Positions 1 to 12,356 of a DNA stretch of 64,000 bases are shown here, in pieces. Origin of the DNA: Octopus vulgaris (lineage: Eukaryota); the NCBI GenBank assembly GCA_951406725.2, contig OX597818.1, forward strand, positions 39,432,001-39,496,000, given 5' to 3'. A model generated the notes under the pieces. It was not told where the DNA came from. It saw nothing but the letters and a program-made list of their open reading frames with translations, and searched no databases. Position 1 is the first letter of the stretch. Every line of letters starts with the position of its first letter. The position numbers were made by a program, and so were the translations under genes.

Positions 1-614
1 CAGGCAGTAAATCTTGTGAATCTGTTAGCAGCATTTCAATACACAATTCAATTCAAGACATTTATATCCTACATGCTGAATGCTAAATCTGATGAAGTTA
101 TGCAACAACTTTTAACCAAAACCTGCAGTTAATCCCTTTCAGTGACAAAAGACTGGGTACCTTAAAACTGTAACAAGATGGTCAAGGGAACAAGATGTGA
201 AGAGGTCAATTCATTGGCTGTGTGTTAACTGTCATTGAAGGTACTTTGCTTTGTGTGTGTCTGGGTGGAAGGGGCACTGATTCTATGGTATCAAGAAACA
301 TAATCATGCAGTGAAACTCAATTCTGATCAGAAAAAGGTTTCAATTCTGATCAGAAAAGGGTTAAGCTAGGACAAATATCTAATGCATGGAAGTGATGCA
401 TAAGGCTAATCTTTATGTGAGGGTGAGAAGAAAATCTAAAGACAAACTGCATACACCAAATCTAATGTGTATTTTAATTTTAACTTACATTTATCAAGTT
501 CTAAAGACCCAGGATCATATATTTTAGCTCCAGGTAACTGTTATATCATCTAAGACTGTATTTACTGTGTCTTAATAGTGTTTTTTTTATAAAATTCTAA
601 ACAAAACTGAAGTC

Positions 615-1389
615 ATGGAAAGTATCAAAAAGTCTTCATGTGAACGTGACCTGGGTGTTATTGTCGACAGTGATTTGCGTTGGACAAAACACATCGCTAA
701 AATTGTCAAGAAGGCTGAGGGTGTCTTGGCATCACTCACCAAATCCTTTGTGAGCTGCTCTCCGGCTATCTATCTGCGGCTTTATATAGCTATGGTAAGA
801 CCTCACCTGGAATTTGCATCACCGGTCTGGAACCCCTATCTTGCCCAGGATATCAATCGTCTGGAAGCTGTTCAGCGACGTGCAACCAAAAGAATACCCT
901 TCATCAGGCATTTGCCATATTCTGAACGCCTTACTTCCCTGGGCATGGACACATTGAAACTCCGACGTCTGGCAGCTGACTTGGCAGACACCCATAAAAT
1001 TATCAACCATCGTACAAACAATAACTCTGAGCACCTTTTCAAACTCCACCCATCTAACACCCGTGGACATATTTACAAAGTAAGAAAACAGCACAGCTCC
1101 CATGACTTCAGGAAACATTTTTTCACGCTGAGAGTTGCTGAAGCACAGAACAAACTGCCGGCATCAGTTGTTAGTTGTCGGAACACTGCATCCTTCAAAA
1201 CTTCCATGCTTCCTGAGATTCGCCAACACTACACTTGATTTTCTCCCTCCATACACACACAAGCATGTATCTGACTCATACATTGTTCGCGTTCCAGACA
1301 TTTCTACATTACTGCATGTACTTTATGTGCACTTTCTGACAAGTTGTGGTGCACCTGAGCATTGTATACAATAATTTCATTATTATTAT
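615..1389 (+). mobile_element. 5'-truncated CR1-clade LINE (RT C-terminus plus 3'UTR)
   Basis: ORF 615-1238 with ERDLGV..D..L.W..H, LY..MVRPHLE.ASPVW.P, LEAVQRRATK, TRGH..K, FF..RV. Ends in an (ATT)n tail. Homologous copies at 54631 and 59515. Confidence 0.9.
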
Positions 1390-1510
1390 ATTTCTCTACT
1401 TATTTTATAAATCCTTCAAATAAGCTAAAATTGCTTCAGATAAATTCTATTTTGAAGGTTTGAGTTAAAAAACAAATATATCACAGGGTTTAAGAGTGAA
1501 AGTTACAAAC

Positions 1511-1657
1511 CTGTGAGGCATGCCAATAACAAAACTATCCACACCAAGTGAACTGCATGAATCAATGACAGCCTTCATTGCTGGAATCAGAACTTCACAG
1601 CCTTCAATACCGAAACGTTTCTCAGATGACCATTTTCGTGCAAGAAAATCTTCAAAT
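1511..1657 (-). CDS. OGDH: OGDH coding exon 6 (gene continues beyond window start)
   Basis: gccttttag|A TTT GAA...CCTCACAG|gtttgt. 147 nt, phase 2-2. [49 protein letters not shown] carries the hallmark KRFGxEG and GMPHR motifs. Confidence 0.97.
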
Positions 1658-2517
1658 CTAAAAGGCAAGAATCACAAAGCAATTTTAAAAACCAATAATT
1701 AAAAAAATTTTTTAAATAAATGTTCTAAACTAAGAAAGAATGTGTAGAACATGGTTAACACTCACAATATGATTATATTTATTTTAAATAAGTGTACTGT
1801 GTATGTCAATCACCAGAAAAGTTCTTAAATGTATACCTAACCCAGTTTTAAGCTTTACTTCCTAATAATACCAAAACCAGGATTGCCAACTTCTCCAGGT
1901 TCTTTTTATTTTCCACTTCATCTAATAGCTGTTATTAGAAGGGGTAATGACGATGAAAATCAGACTCACAGATTCTCTAAAACTGGTGAGATTAAGATAT
2001 GATATGATATGGTAGTAATAACAAATTCTGCTCTCATTCTAACAGCACTAAAATAATATTGTAGACAGAGGAGTGAGGTGAGGATGATTGATATATATGT
2101 GTGTGTTTGTGTGTGTGTGTGTGGTTTGGCCCCATCATCTAGTTGTTACAATGCTTTGGTTCTATTTTTCCCTACCACCCACTTCCTAAAACCATCTTTA
2201 GGATGAAGCAACTGAAGATAAAGAAGTGAATAGAATGTAAGAAAATGGAGAAGGCATACATAATAGATTTCTATGTTGTGAGTATAGCATAGGGAGGTTA
2301 GTTAACCATCTTTCAAGAAGATTATTATTCTAATAAAGTTGTTTTTTTTCACAGATTTATACATCATCTAAAATAACAAAGACCAAAAGTGAGCTTCTGG
2401 GGCACTTGTGTATAAGATTAAAAGGTAATTTTCCTTAATCTATGGAACTGAAATTAGACTGACTTTGCCAACCAAATGATCACACTCAGTAGAGATACAG
2501 AATTTAATCACACTCAC

Positions 2518-2672
2518 CGAGTTGATCGAATAAGTCTTGCTAGGATAAGCCTCTTCTCTTCGGCATCAAACTGCATGATGTTAGGTACCTCAAATTTGCG
2601 ACGAATCCAATCGGTCTGCTCAAGATTGTTGATAAACATAAACTCAATACCTATCTGTCGGCAGTAAATTTC
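2518..2672 (-). CDS. OGDH: OGDH coding exon 5
   Basis: tttttcctcag|GAA...ACTCG|gtgagt. 155 nt, phase 0-2. [51 protein letters not shown]. Confidence 0.96.
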
Positions 2673-2867
2673 CTGAGGAAAAATAGTTTAACATTCTAGG
2701 CATTGAATAGTGGGTTTTAAAATATTGCTTCTTGTTAACACATTAATGAAAACTGTATACCAAACTTCAAACAAAAAGAAAAGAATACACAAAATACATT
2801 TCATCCAATATCATAGATAGACATTCTGTAAGTAACTGGAGGAAGCTATATCAGAAGATTTACATAC

Positions 2868-2968
2868 CTCTAGTCTCTTGATGATTTGACGTAATGGAAG
2901 CTCAGTTTGATCTCCGCCAATATAAGTGGTGTGTGGAAGTCTAAAGACTTTATCAAGATCAGGCTCAT
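2868..2968 (-). CDS. OGDH: OGDH coding exon 4
   Basis: ctttctgttag|ATGAG...CTAGAG|gtatgt. 101 nt, phase 1-0. DEPDLDKVFRLPHTTYIGGDQTELPLRQIIKRLE. Confidence 0.96.
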
Positions 2969-4006
2969 CTAACAGAAAGATAGTTGCAAACTGTTCATTA
3001 TCAATACAAGAAGCATGCAACCGAAAAATGTTAATCCATTTTTTTTTTTTGAGACATAATATACAATAAAAAAAATAAAATAAATAAAAAGCACAGCAAC
3101 TAAAATACAAATATTTATGAAAAAAGTATACATGAAAGAATAATGCTAAGGAAAAACTGAAGTGATTCAAATCTCTCACCAAAAAGTTTATTATCTTTTG
3201 AATCTTATTTCATCACAACGATTAACTTGATAGTTAAATTGTAAATAAAATAAAATCTACAATACACAAATATCGAAAGCAAGAGAAGAGGAATATATAG
3301 AAGATATACAAAGCAACAGGTGACAATAAATGCATAGCAGATGTTATCCTAATATTTGTATAATTTATACAAGCCGAGAAATACATTAAGATAATAAAAA
3401 CTAACAGAGAAGTCATCTAGATTTCTACCAATAAATGGTAAGAAGCAAGATTTTTCTTTTTTGCTTTTTGTTAGATGAAAAATTATTAAAAGATAGCTAA
3501 TAAAAATAACTTGATTTCTAAGTTCAATTTGAAATTTAACAATTTTTGCCACATTACTATGGTAAAAAGAGCATTTTTAAACAAAAATTCATAATTCAAA
3601 TGATTAACATTTTTACAAAACAAGCCAATGATCTGCAACCAGTATGCTGCAGAACACTGGTGTGCCACAAGACGATGCTAGGAGTGCTGCAGAATTTTTT
3701 CCCCTATACTTTTAGTTCAGATGTACCATCAAATTTTGAAAAGAATGTAAGAATACGGCAAATGAAAAAAGGCTGCGGAGCACTGAAATAGGCTAAAATA
3801 CCTACTTTTAAATATTTGAAAACAGATTTGGAGATGATTTCAGAGTATTCAAATAGAAATGAATTTAGCTACAAAACTAAATATTTTAATTCATAACCAT
3901 TTAAAGTTTCTTGGGTAACTATTTGAATTGTTTCACTATCTTAATTAGCTTTTAACAATTACAACAACATAACTTAAATCCAGTTGCATTCCCAATATTA
4001 CCTTAC

Positions 4007-4039
4007 CTGAGACAACCAAATTTTGATTCTTTGCATTTT
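4007..4039 (-). CDS. OGDH: Candidate OGDH cassette microexon (33 nt)
   Basis: tgctttgtgtcttcgattgtttctag|AAAATGCAAAGAATCAAAATTTGGTTGTCTCAG|gtaagg. Phase 1-1, open in the OGDH frame (ENAKNQNLVVS). No homology support. Confidence 0.6.
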
Positions 4040-6339
4040 CTAGAAACAATCGAAGACACAAAGCAAATTATAAAAGAATTTCTAACATGAAATCATACCA
4101 GTTAATGGCTGACCACTTTAGTTATTAACTTCATAAATTCCTGCAAAATCTATCTTTACTTGATGATAGAATAGCTTACAGCATTTCCTATTTATAGAAT
4201 GTTAAATAAATTATTCAAAATTATTCCATTACAACAAGAATAGACTATAATAACAAAATAATATAAAATATTTACTTAATTTTCAGATTTCTGCAAATTT
4301 TGTAAATAATTGCAGCTTTATCTAGACAAAAGCAACATCATGAAAACAAAATATGAATATACTCTTTAATATAATGCAAATAAAGAAAATTGCAAAATAA
4401 AACAATAATTTTTCAACATCAGACTTTTTCCAGAAAACTATATTGTTAATCACAGAGTTGAAAGTATCCTTTCTATCATTACTGAGGATAACATCAAAAT
4501 ACATGTTACCTAGGAATTAAGAAAAAAAAAAAAACAACTAGATCTACCAGAAAACAGTAGGAACCTACTGGAATATAATCCCATACTAAAAAAAAAAAAA
4601 AAAAGGAAAAGGCAGATATTTCATCTACAAAATCAAAAGTCAATTTAAAATCCACTTATCAGACATTAGACTATTATAAACATTGTAATTAGACAAGCTT
4701 GAACATTGGTCATGAAATATGTGCCCAATATCTTTATACATAGTGATACAATATATTTATAAATATCTTTAAATGTTAAATAAAAGTGCAGCTGAATACA
4801 CATAAAACTTTTGAAATAGGTACATTTAATATATTAGTCTGAAACCTTTTCTTGAAATTAGCTGATATTTAAACTATAAACATTAAATCCAGCCAACATG
4901 CAATTCATCAATTAAAAGAAATTCTTGGAGTGATCAAAACTTATAAAAAAAAACCCAAAAAAACTTTGAACAATTAGTTGAAAATAGACATTTCTACATC
5001 AACAGTCAGCATATGCTATACTACATAGAAAATAAATCAAGTACAAAATTGTTTGCAATCCGACTTTCTTTCGATGAATTAAACACTTGTAATGACAAGA
5101 TTAACAACATCTTTAAAACATACTTGCTATAATCAATCCCCCATCTAAAAATTATTCTGAACAAATTTGGAGTAAAGAACATAAATATAGCAAAGAATTG
5201 TTCTGCACATTTTGCAATGTTTCAAAATTACAATTGCAATGCTATCAAGTAGTAATCAGTAGAGCAGATGCCTCTGTTAATCTTCACACAGTTGCACTAA
5301 ATGCAAAGCACTTTTTAGTTGTTAGTACTTCAACCCTACATTTCTACTATCTAATTACTCATAGAACATTGCTCAAGAAGCTGCAGGAACAATTTTATTT
5401 TCACAACAAACATTACTTACTTTAAAGACAACTAGAACATACACACTAGCAGTCACTGAAACCAACATGAACTTAAAGGATTGTCTCTTCAGTATAGCTT
5501 TTCTCCAAGTACTAAGTTCCTCATTTGTGTTTACATTCAGTTTATATAATAAATTTGCTTTATTTCCCATGCATACATATTTCTTTGCGTTATGGCTGTT
5601 GCAGTGGTTAAGATTTTGATATAGACCATAAAAGCTCAAGTTTAAACTTTACAAATGATTAGAGACTGTAGAGTAAGAGTTAGACATACTCCGAAGCAAA
5701 AGAGATTTGGAGGAGGATATGGAAGTTGAAAGAGTTACCAACAAGTAGTGTGTTCATAGAAGTGCCGACACAGATAACAAGAGAAAGGAAAACCACAATT
5801 GCTCTCAAAAGAAGAATCTACTGACAGCAAAAGAGCAGATCTGTGACTGATGCAACATCTCAGATCCAAAAGAAGGTGAACTGGTGGAGGAATAGATTTG
5901 TGAGAGTACAAAGGTTAAAGCCTGAAAGCTGGAAGAAAAAGGGAAGAAAAGAGCAATATTGAGTGGTTAGAAAAGAAGTTAGATGCTCCAGCAAAGAGAA
6001 AAGCTGAAAGTAAGGGGTTTGTCATTGTTCATATGTATGACATATTTCAAGTTGCAAAGCAAAATGCCAGAGATCTTGTTGAGAACTGTGTACAGAATGA
6101 TAATGGTACAACTGCTCTTGTTGATGGCAAAAAGAAATAGTCATAAAAGTACTATAATGCAAGGTTGTTGAAGACAGCCTTCTCCAAATAAATCAGAGGA
6201 GTAATTGATTCAAATTAGCAACACTATGGTAGCTAGGGTAATTAAGGAGAGGGAAACAGATAGACCCCACTGCAATATTGTTAGACTGTCTATTGGAATA
6301 GGGCACATGCTAGTCAGTTAACTAAAGGAAAGTGTTATA

Positions 6340-7050
6340 TTCAATGACTGCCAGTTACAGACATTGTGATAGGAGTACAGGTGCAACAAGTACTAAGAGC
6401 TGACCAGAAAAAGATTCAAATGCCTGGAAGACTTCCTAGAAGTAATGGACATCCTTTGTTAATTAGAAGAACTAATTAGAAGTTGAAGTGAGTGCTTTAG
6501 AAGCATAATAGCCAGAGCAAGATTAAGTCAGAAAAAAGTCAGTGAGCTACTACCTACGATTAGCAACAAAGAATTTTCTCCTCAGAGTGCAAAGTAGATT
6601 GTCTAATTCATGTATATGAAGTGCAATGATGCATGTTCCTTGAATACAGAGGATTCATGAGCAATGCACTTTAAATGCAAAGACTAGAAAAAAAATGAAG
6701 TGGGCATGCTCCGCTAGATGCGTAATGTTAGTGTGCAATGATGATGGAGGGGGGTGGCTTGATATAAGAGGAACCCGATATACTGTGCATAAAAGAGAAC
6801 TGCACTAGCGTAGGAACATTATACAAATAGATGACAGCAGCATTAAGAAATGTCAAGTAATCCAAGAGAATAGAACCAGTAGAATATGGAAACTGAGTAA
6901 GGACTAGGACCAAGTAGTGACGACTGATCTTAAGATGTCGTATCTCACAAAGGAGACGACTAAGGGCTGTGACAATTGGCTACACACAGTGCAGGAGAGG
7001 ATCCAAACAACTGTGCAAGTCTGGTGAAACATATATTAAATTAGGAGTAG
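6340..7050 (+). mobile_element. Old degraded RTE LINE 3' fragment
   Basis: Patchy similarity to the 20600-21930 element (RELLP.L, RLE.NE..ML.W). Confidence 0.55.
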
Positions 7051-10000
7051 TGATGGCGGCTGGAATATGCAATTTACATCTACATCTGAGCGTTTTTTCC
7101 TCATTTTGTACCAGCTAATCTTTTACTACTGCTCCTGCTTCAATCCCCAATCTCTTATTCCCTGTACCCATGGAATGAAAGGAATCATTAGAACTTTCCA
7201 TATGCAATTCCCATCACTTATTATCTGTAGATTTCTAACCCTGTCTCTCCTTTTGTCATGATGTTTGAGAAGTGAGGTATTGCAGAAAATCTACTGGTAT
7301 CCAATACACCCTGTCCCATTTACTTTCTTATAATGCTAGCCATCACTCACTCAAGTCACTCTTTTACTGATGTCCATAACTCTTATTGCTATTCATCACT
7401 TTCACACTCTCATTAGCTAGCGTCACTTATATTGCCAACCTCTTCTCCAAGTGTCTGGTTATTAACAGCCATCACAGTATCTTTCCATAGACCATTTTTA
7501 TGACAATCCATTACAGATGCTCTTTCTCTCTCACCAGCAAATATATAGCAGCCAATAGTGTCTCTCTCATTATTTCTCTCCCCGTTGCTCCTAATTCATT
7601 TTCTCTTCTATCCACTCCATTGGTCATGTTGCCCAAAACAAATGGAGACGATGTATAATGTCTCTTGTCTCGCAAGATAATCCACTAATTTTATTATGGT
7701 ACCTACACTAGTGCTGGTATCACAATTAAATGTACACACTGTAAAGTGATTGGCAAATGAAACAAGATGATGAAGGTTCATGAGAACCCTATAGTCATAT
7801 CCTGTTGAGAACATAGCTTCTAGAACCGATACCATGACAAATTGCCCCCAGCACCCACTATAAAGTGTTAAGGAATTTGTTCTCTATGCTAGCATAGGCC
7901 AAATGAACATATTATTGGGGTATTGTTTTACAACTGAATGCCTTTCCCATCATTAACCTTTACCTGCATAGCTAACTCTTCCCAAGTCAAAAATAGAATG
8001 CATGTACGTGATCCCACAACCCATCAAAAAGGTCACATCAAATGAGGACCCAAACTATGATTACTCATCCAACCCATACCAACATGAAAATAGGCAAAAA
8101 CAATGAAGATAAGGATGATTGTTTAATTCAATAGATCACTTTACTTTGCATCATTCTGTCTTATTAGAAAACAGATGGTTTTAATATTGATGTATGTTTT
8201 TGAAAGGAAGTCAGAGGGAAAACAAGTCTGTTCAGTCACTGAAGAAACAATTTCATTTTGGCTCACTCCCAAGGCAGGTTTTCCTATCTCTATGACCTAT
8301 CCTTAGTTTTATCTACATAAAAAAAAAAAAAAAAAAATTAAACCAAGCAACAAGTTGCACAAAAAAGCTAATGCTAGCTTTCCTGGCACATTCACTGCAC
8401 TCTTTATCTACAAAAAATTATTTGTTCGAAATGATATGAATAACTGTAAAAAAAATACCTTAGAGAAAAATATTTCATTATTGAAATCCTGTTTGGAAGA
8501 TAATTATTTAATTTGAATTAGTCTCTAACATATCACTATTTATACAAACAAAACTAATTAGTTGAGCAAACACTAGATTTAGTGACTATATATATTTAGA
8601 TATTAGTTATATTTCTCTTCATGAGCAGATGAAATGGTAGTCTATCTCTGATGAGAATCAAATAAGATTTGAAACCAGCCAGCTAAACCCACCCCCCAAC
8701 TTCTATCTATCCAAAGAAAAAAAAAGGGCATTTATATATAATTGTCAAAATAACAATGGCTTTAGTATGTATAAAAAAAAGTTGACCTCGAAGTATGCTA
8801 CAAATACACCAGAAAACTTTAGTAGTACAAACCATTACTTAAGCATATGTAAAATTTTAAAATTTCTAAAGTATAAATATATACTTGACATTAACCTTTT
8901 TGTTATCAACTAACTAAAACTACATGTCATCATATGTTGCCAAAGCACTCCCACATGCAACCATACAGTATCAAAGCACTCAAAACAGCCTAGATTTACA
9001 TGTTCATAATTAAATCAAAATACAGGCATATATCATGTCTGAGTCAATGATAATGTGGTTTTACTAGATATAAATATTGTACATCGTCCAACACTGTTCC
9101 CTGATATTTGTAGCTATTTCTCCCAAATCCTTTATTTTTCTTTTTATAATATTCTACTCATTTTAAAAATTACATAAGTTTCAGATTTAGTAACAGTGCC
9201 TCTAAATCTGAACAATTTTTCAATGCATTAAATATAAATGTAGAGGACATTGACATTTCAATTTCTGATAGTAGTGAAATAATTTTCAAAAAGAGAATGG
9301 AGGAAAAACTTTTACAATATTTCTGTACTAAAATTCCAGAAGAAACCAGACCTAACCAGTCAAAACCTATTAACTTAAAACCCATTTACTCTTGTTTGCT
9401 CCTATAAGTGCTCCATATAATAAAATGGATAGCTATGAAGCATTTGAACAAAGGGAAAAACTGGACAAAATCAGGGCATATATAAAATATTTAAGCTATA
9501 CATATAAAGTGTATATACATAATATTTTAGCAATATATATGTTTATTGATAACTGTTTATATTCTTTTATTCACTTCAGTCATTTGACTACGGCCATGCT
9601 GGAGCACTGCCTAGAGATGAAATTCTGCTGAGGCAAATTTTTGACTCAGAATATAAGCAGTTGGACAAAATGCTGCCAACCAATTTGTCACATGGTGTAA
9701 TGATTCTGCCAGCTAACATTCTGGTGATACTTTAAGAAAGTCTAACTTTACATTTTACAGATTTTTAACCTGTACTTACCTGCATTTTTGAAGTAAAATT
9801 TCAATAATAGATTAACGAACCTTATAAATTGTCTCAAACAACTCTGGTAGGTTAATAATTTTTTTTTTAAAGTATAGCTATGCCATCAAAGCATCCTACT
9901 TACTAGAATTTAATTAAATCACACTTTAGTTAGAAATATAGCAATGAAAGAGTGAAGCATTAGAGTACTAACACTACATTTGGGGTTCTGCTCAGTGAAA

Positions 10001-12256
10001 TAAATGCAAAAAGGTATGTCAACTCACAGAAAAATCATAACAGAAACCTCTGACTCATGAATGAGCTCTTTCTGTTTTTCTACCACTTATAGTGGTATAT
10101 ACTCCTGAAAGCTGGTTGATCCCCTGTGAACTCTACTAAAACACTTCCAATTCACTCATCTCCCATCACCTATATTGTACCCAGCACACCAGGCTCCCTA
10201 CTAACTACTTCACCCAATCCCTTCCCTCCAGGACATTCTTTCCAGCCCATGTTTTTCTAGCAGCCATCAACTTGCTGTTCAACAGAAGGAACCTTTACTG
10301 TCTCAGTATCACAGGTCCTGAGGGACTGTGGGAAGGCTATGAGTACAAGCACTTTCTCCACCAAACCAGCAACACACACACACACACACACACACACCAA
10401 AAAGCCAAAAATCTGTTGACTGAGAGCCAAAAACTTTCAAATAACTTGAGACCAAAGCTAGTAATTTAATTGCTATTTAGTTTCAACGTGATAAAATCAT
10501 TTCCTGTTTTTTTCTTTCGTTTCTGTTTTTATCACACATTCAAAAGATAAAAGACTGTCAGTAACTACTGCCTTATCAGAAAGGCCAATTTTTTTCTTTA
10601 ATAGTCAAAATAATGCATAAATTTTAAAATTTTCAAGCATGTAGGTAGGTCATTGGTGTAAGAAAAAAGAAAAAAGAACCTAGATCACAAAAATCAAAAA
10701 CTAAAATTAAGCAACTGCTGAATTTTGTTTATTATTTCTTTTCAGTTGGATCAGCAACATAAACTTTAACTTGCATTCATAATACAGACTAACAGCTTTA
10801 CAACAGAAAACATACACAAGATTTCAAGTAATTTACATGTAAGATTTGTCACACATGAAAATCCATCAAAACTGTCAGCGCTTCTTAAGCATAAAATGAT
10901 TTGCAAACTGAAGCCATGAGTTTCTGCAAGATCTTACAAGCACAACTTTTGTTGCTACTCAATCAACATTAACCTGGGGCTAAGTAACAACTTTACTTTT
11001 AATAAATTTAATAACCAACAAACTGTAGGTTAAAATTCAAATTGTTGCTGAACCTCAGAGTAGCCTTGATTGGGAAGCTATGAAAAATGTGCAATAACTA
11101 GTTAAACTTTATTTTATCAACAACATACGATTATTGAAGGCATTGGTACACTAGTAGCGTTACTTGCATTACACATAAAACACGTTACAGGAAAAAAAAA
11201 AGATAAATTTAGCTAGAACATGAATACATAATATAAACATCTAAACAAAGTAGTTATGAGCAAATCAACTTACTCATATCAATAAAGAAAACATGTAAAT
11301 GAAGCAACATGCTAAAATAATTGCAGTAACATGCTCTAAAAATATACTCCGATTCTCATTTTCAAGGAAAACCAAAACAAAACAACTTCTGAAAAGACTA
11401 TGCATGTACACACTTGATTGTGTGCAGATATTAAAGTGTGAAATCATGGCAATTTTACTAATTTAACAAAAAAGCAGATACTGATGTGAAAAACTCCTGA
11501 GCTGAACAAATATAAAAAATAAATAAATATCCACTTAAAGTTTAGAAAAACAAATCAAAATGTTTAGTAAGCATTAAACTACTGCCAAAATTATAACGTC
11601 TATGCGCACAAATACACAAGCACACGCAATACAAAATTTTCCTACAGGACTTAAATGAGAAACCAAAGTAATTAATTTAAAGTACTGTTGCAAGATTTAA
11701 GCTATTTTGCAACAACTGGACCGAAAAAAGTGTTGGAAGGACTGAAATAGACTGTGATAAGAATATGAATGTTCAGGAAACAATAATATGCTTCATTAAG
11801 AAGGAAATGGGAAGGGGAACACCAAAAGACATAGTGCAACTGCCAACAATTATCTATTTCAATGTCACTAACATTTCCGAAATTAACAAAATGCTCAGTA
11901 ATTAATAAAATGGAATATTGTTTCCAGTGATACTCTGAAGTCTAGTAAATCTAGTAATGTGAACAATAGACTTTGACAAAAAAATTCAGACTACTTTATG
12001 AAGGAGAGGGATGATGTGATCAAATGAATTAGTTAAAAAATTATAGAAGTTACATGTAAGAAGATAAGCACAAAACCAACCAAATTTAAAGAATGAAAGA
12101 ACAGAGGAAATTAAAACAGAGAGAAAGAAAATGAGAAAACAGAATATCTTTTCATTAGCAAAAGAATAGAATAATGAAATATTAAGACTTAGAAAACTGG
12201 TGACAACATTGACAAGTAGAATTATACCAGTAGCAGCATCAGACACCTAGCCTTAC

Positions 12257-12356
12257 CAAGGTCGTAATGGTTGATTAAAATCTCGGACATAGATGAACCA
12301 TCTGAGCGCTGATCTAAGCCAAGTGGATCAACTGCAGCTAGCTCATGACCGCGGAT
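12257..12356 (-). CDS. OGDH: OGDH mutually exclusive exon 3B (no xADLD motif)
   Basis: tttctctcacactag|ATCCGCGGTCAT...GACCTTG|gtaagg. 100 nt, phase 0-1. IRGHELAAVDPLGLDQRSDGSSMSEILINHYDL. Confidence 0.92.

Noticed and set aside
319-364. ~23-bp tandem duplication AATTCTGATCAGAAAA.GGTT
   Set aside because: Simple slippage duplication in an intron. Similar ones at 35903-35985 and 50999-51072 lie inside RTE copies.
615-1238. 207-aa ORF as a host gene
   Set aside because: It is a truncated CR1 RT C-terminus with two more copies in the window.
5640-6330. Purine-skewed block, possibly old Penelope sequence (similar block at 28540-29130)
   Set aside because: Too degraded to recover GIY-YIG or RT motifs.
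9774-9850. Perfect donor CAG|GTAAGT on minus strand at 9780/9779
   Set aside because: The nearest CAG acceptor (9844) gives 64 nt with an in-frame TAA and a poor pyrimidine tract. Not a credible coding exon, though a poison exon cannot be excluded.
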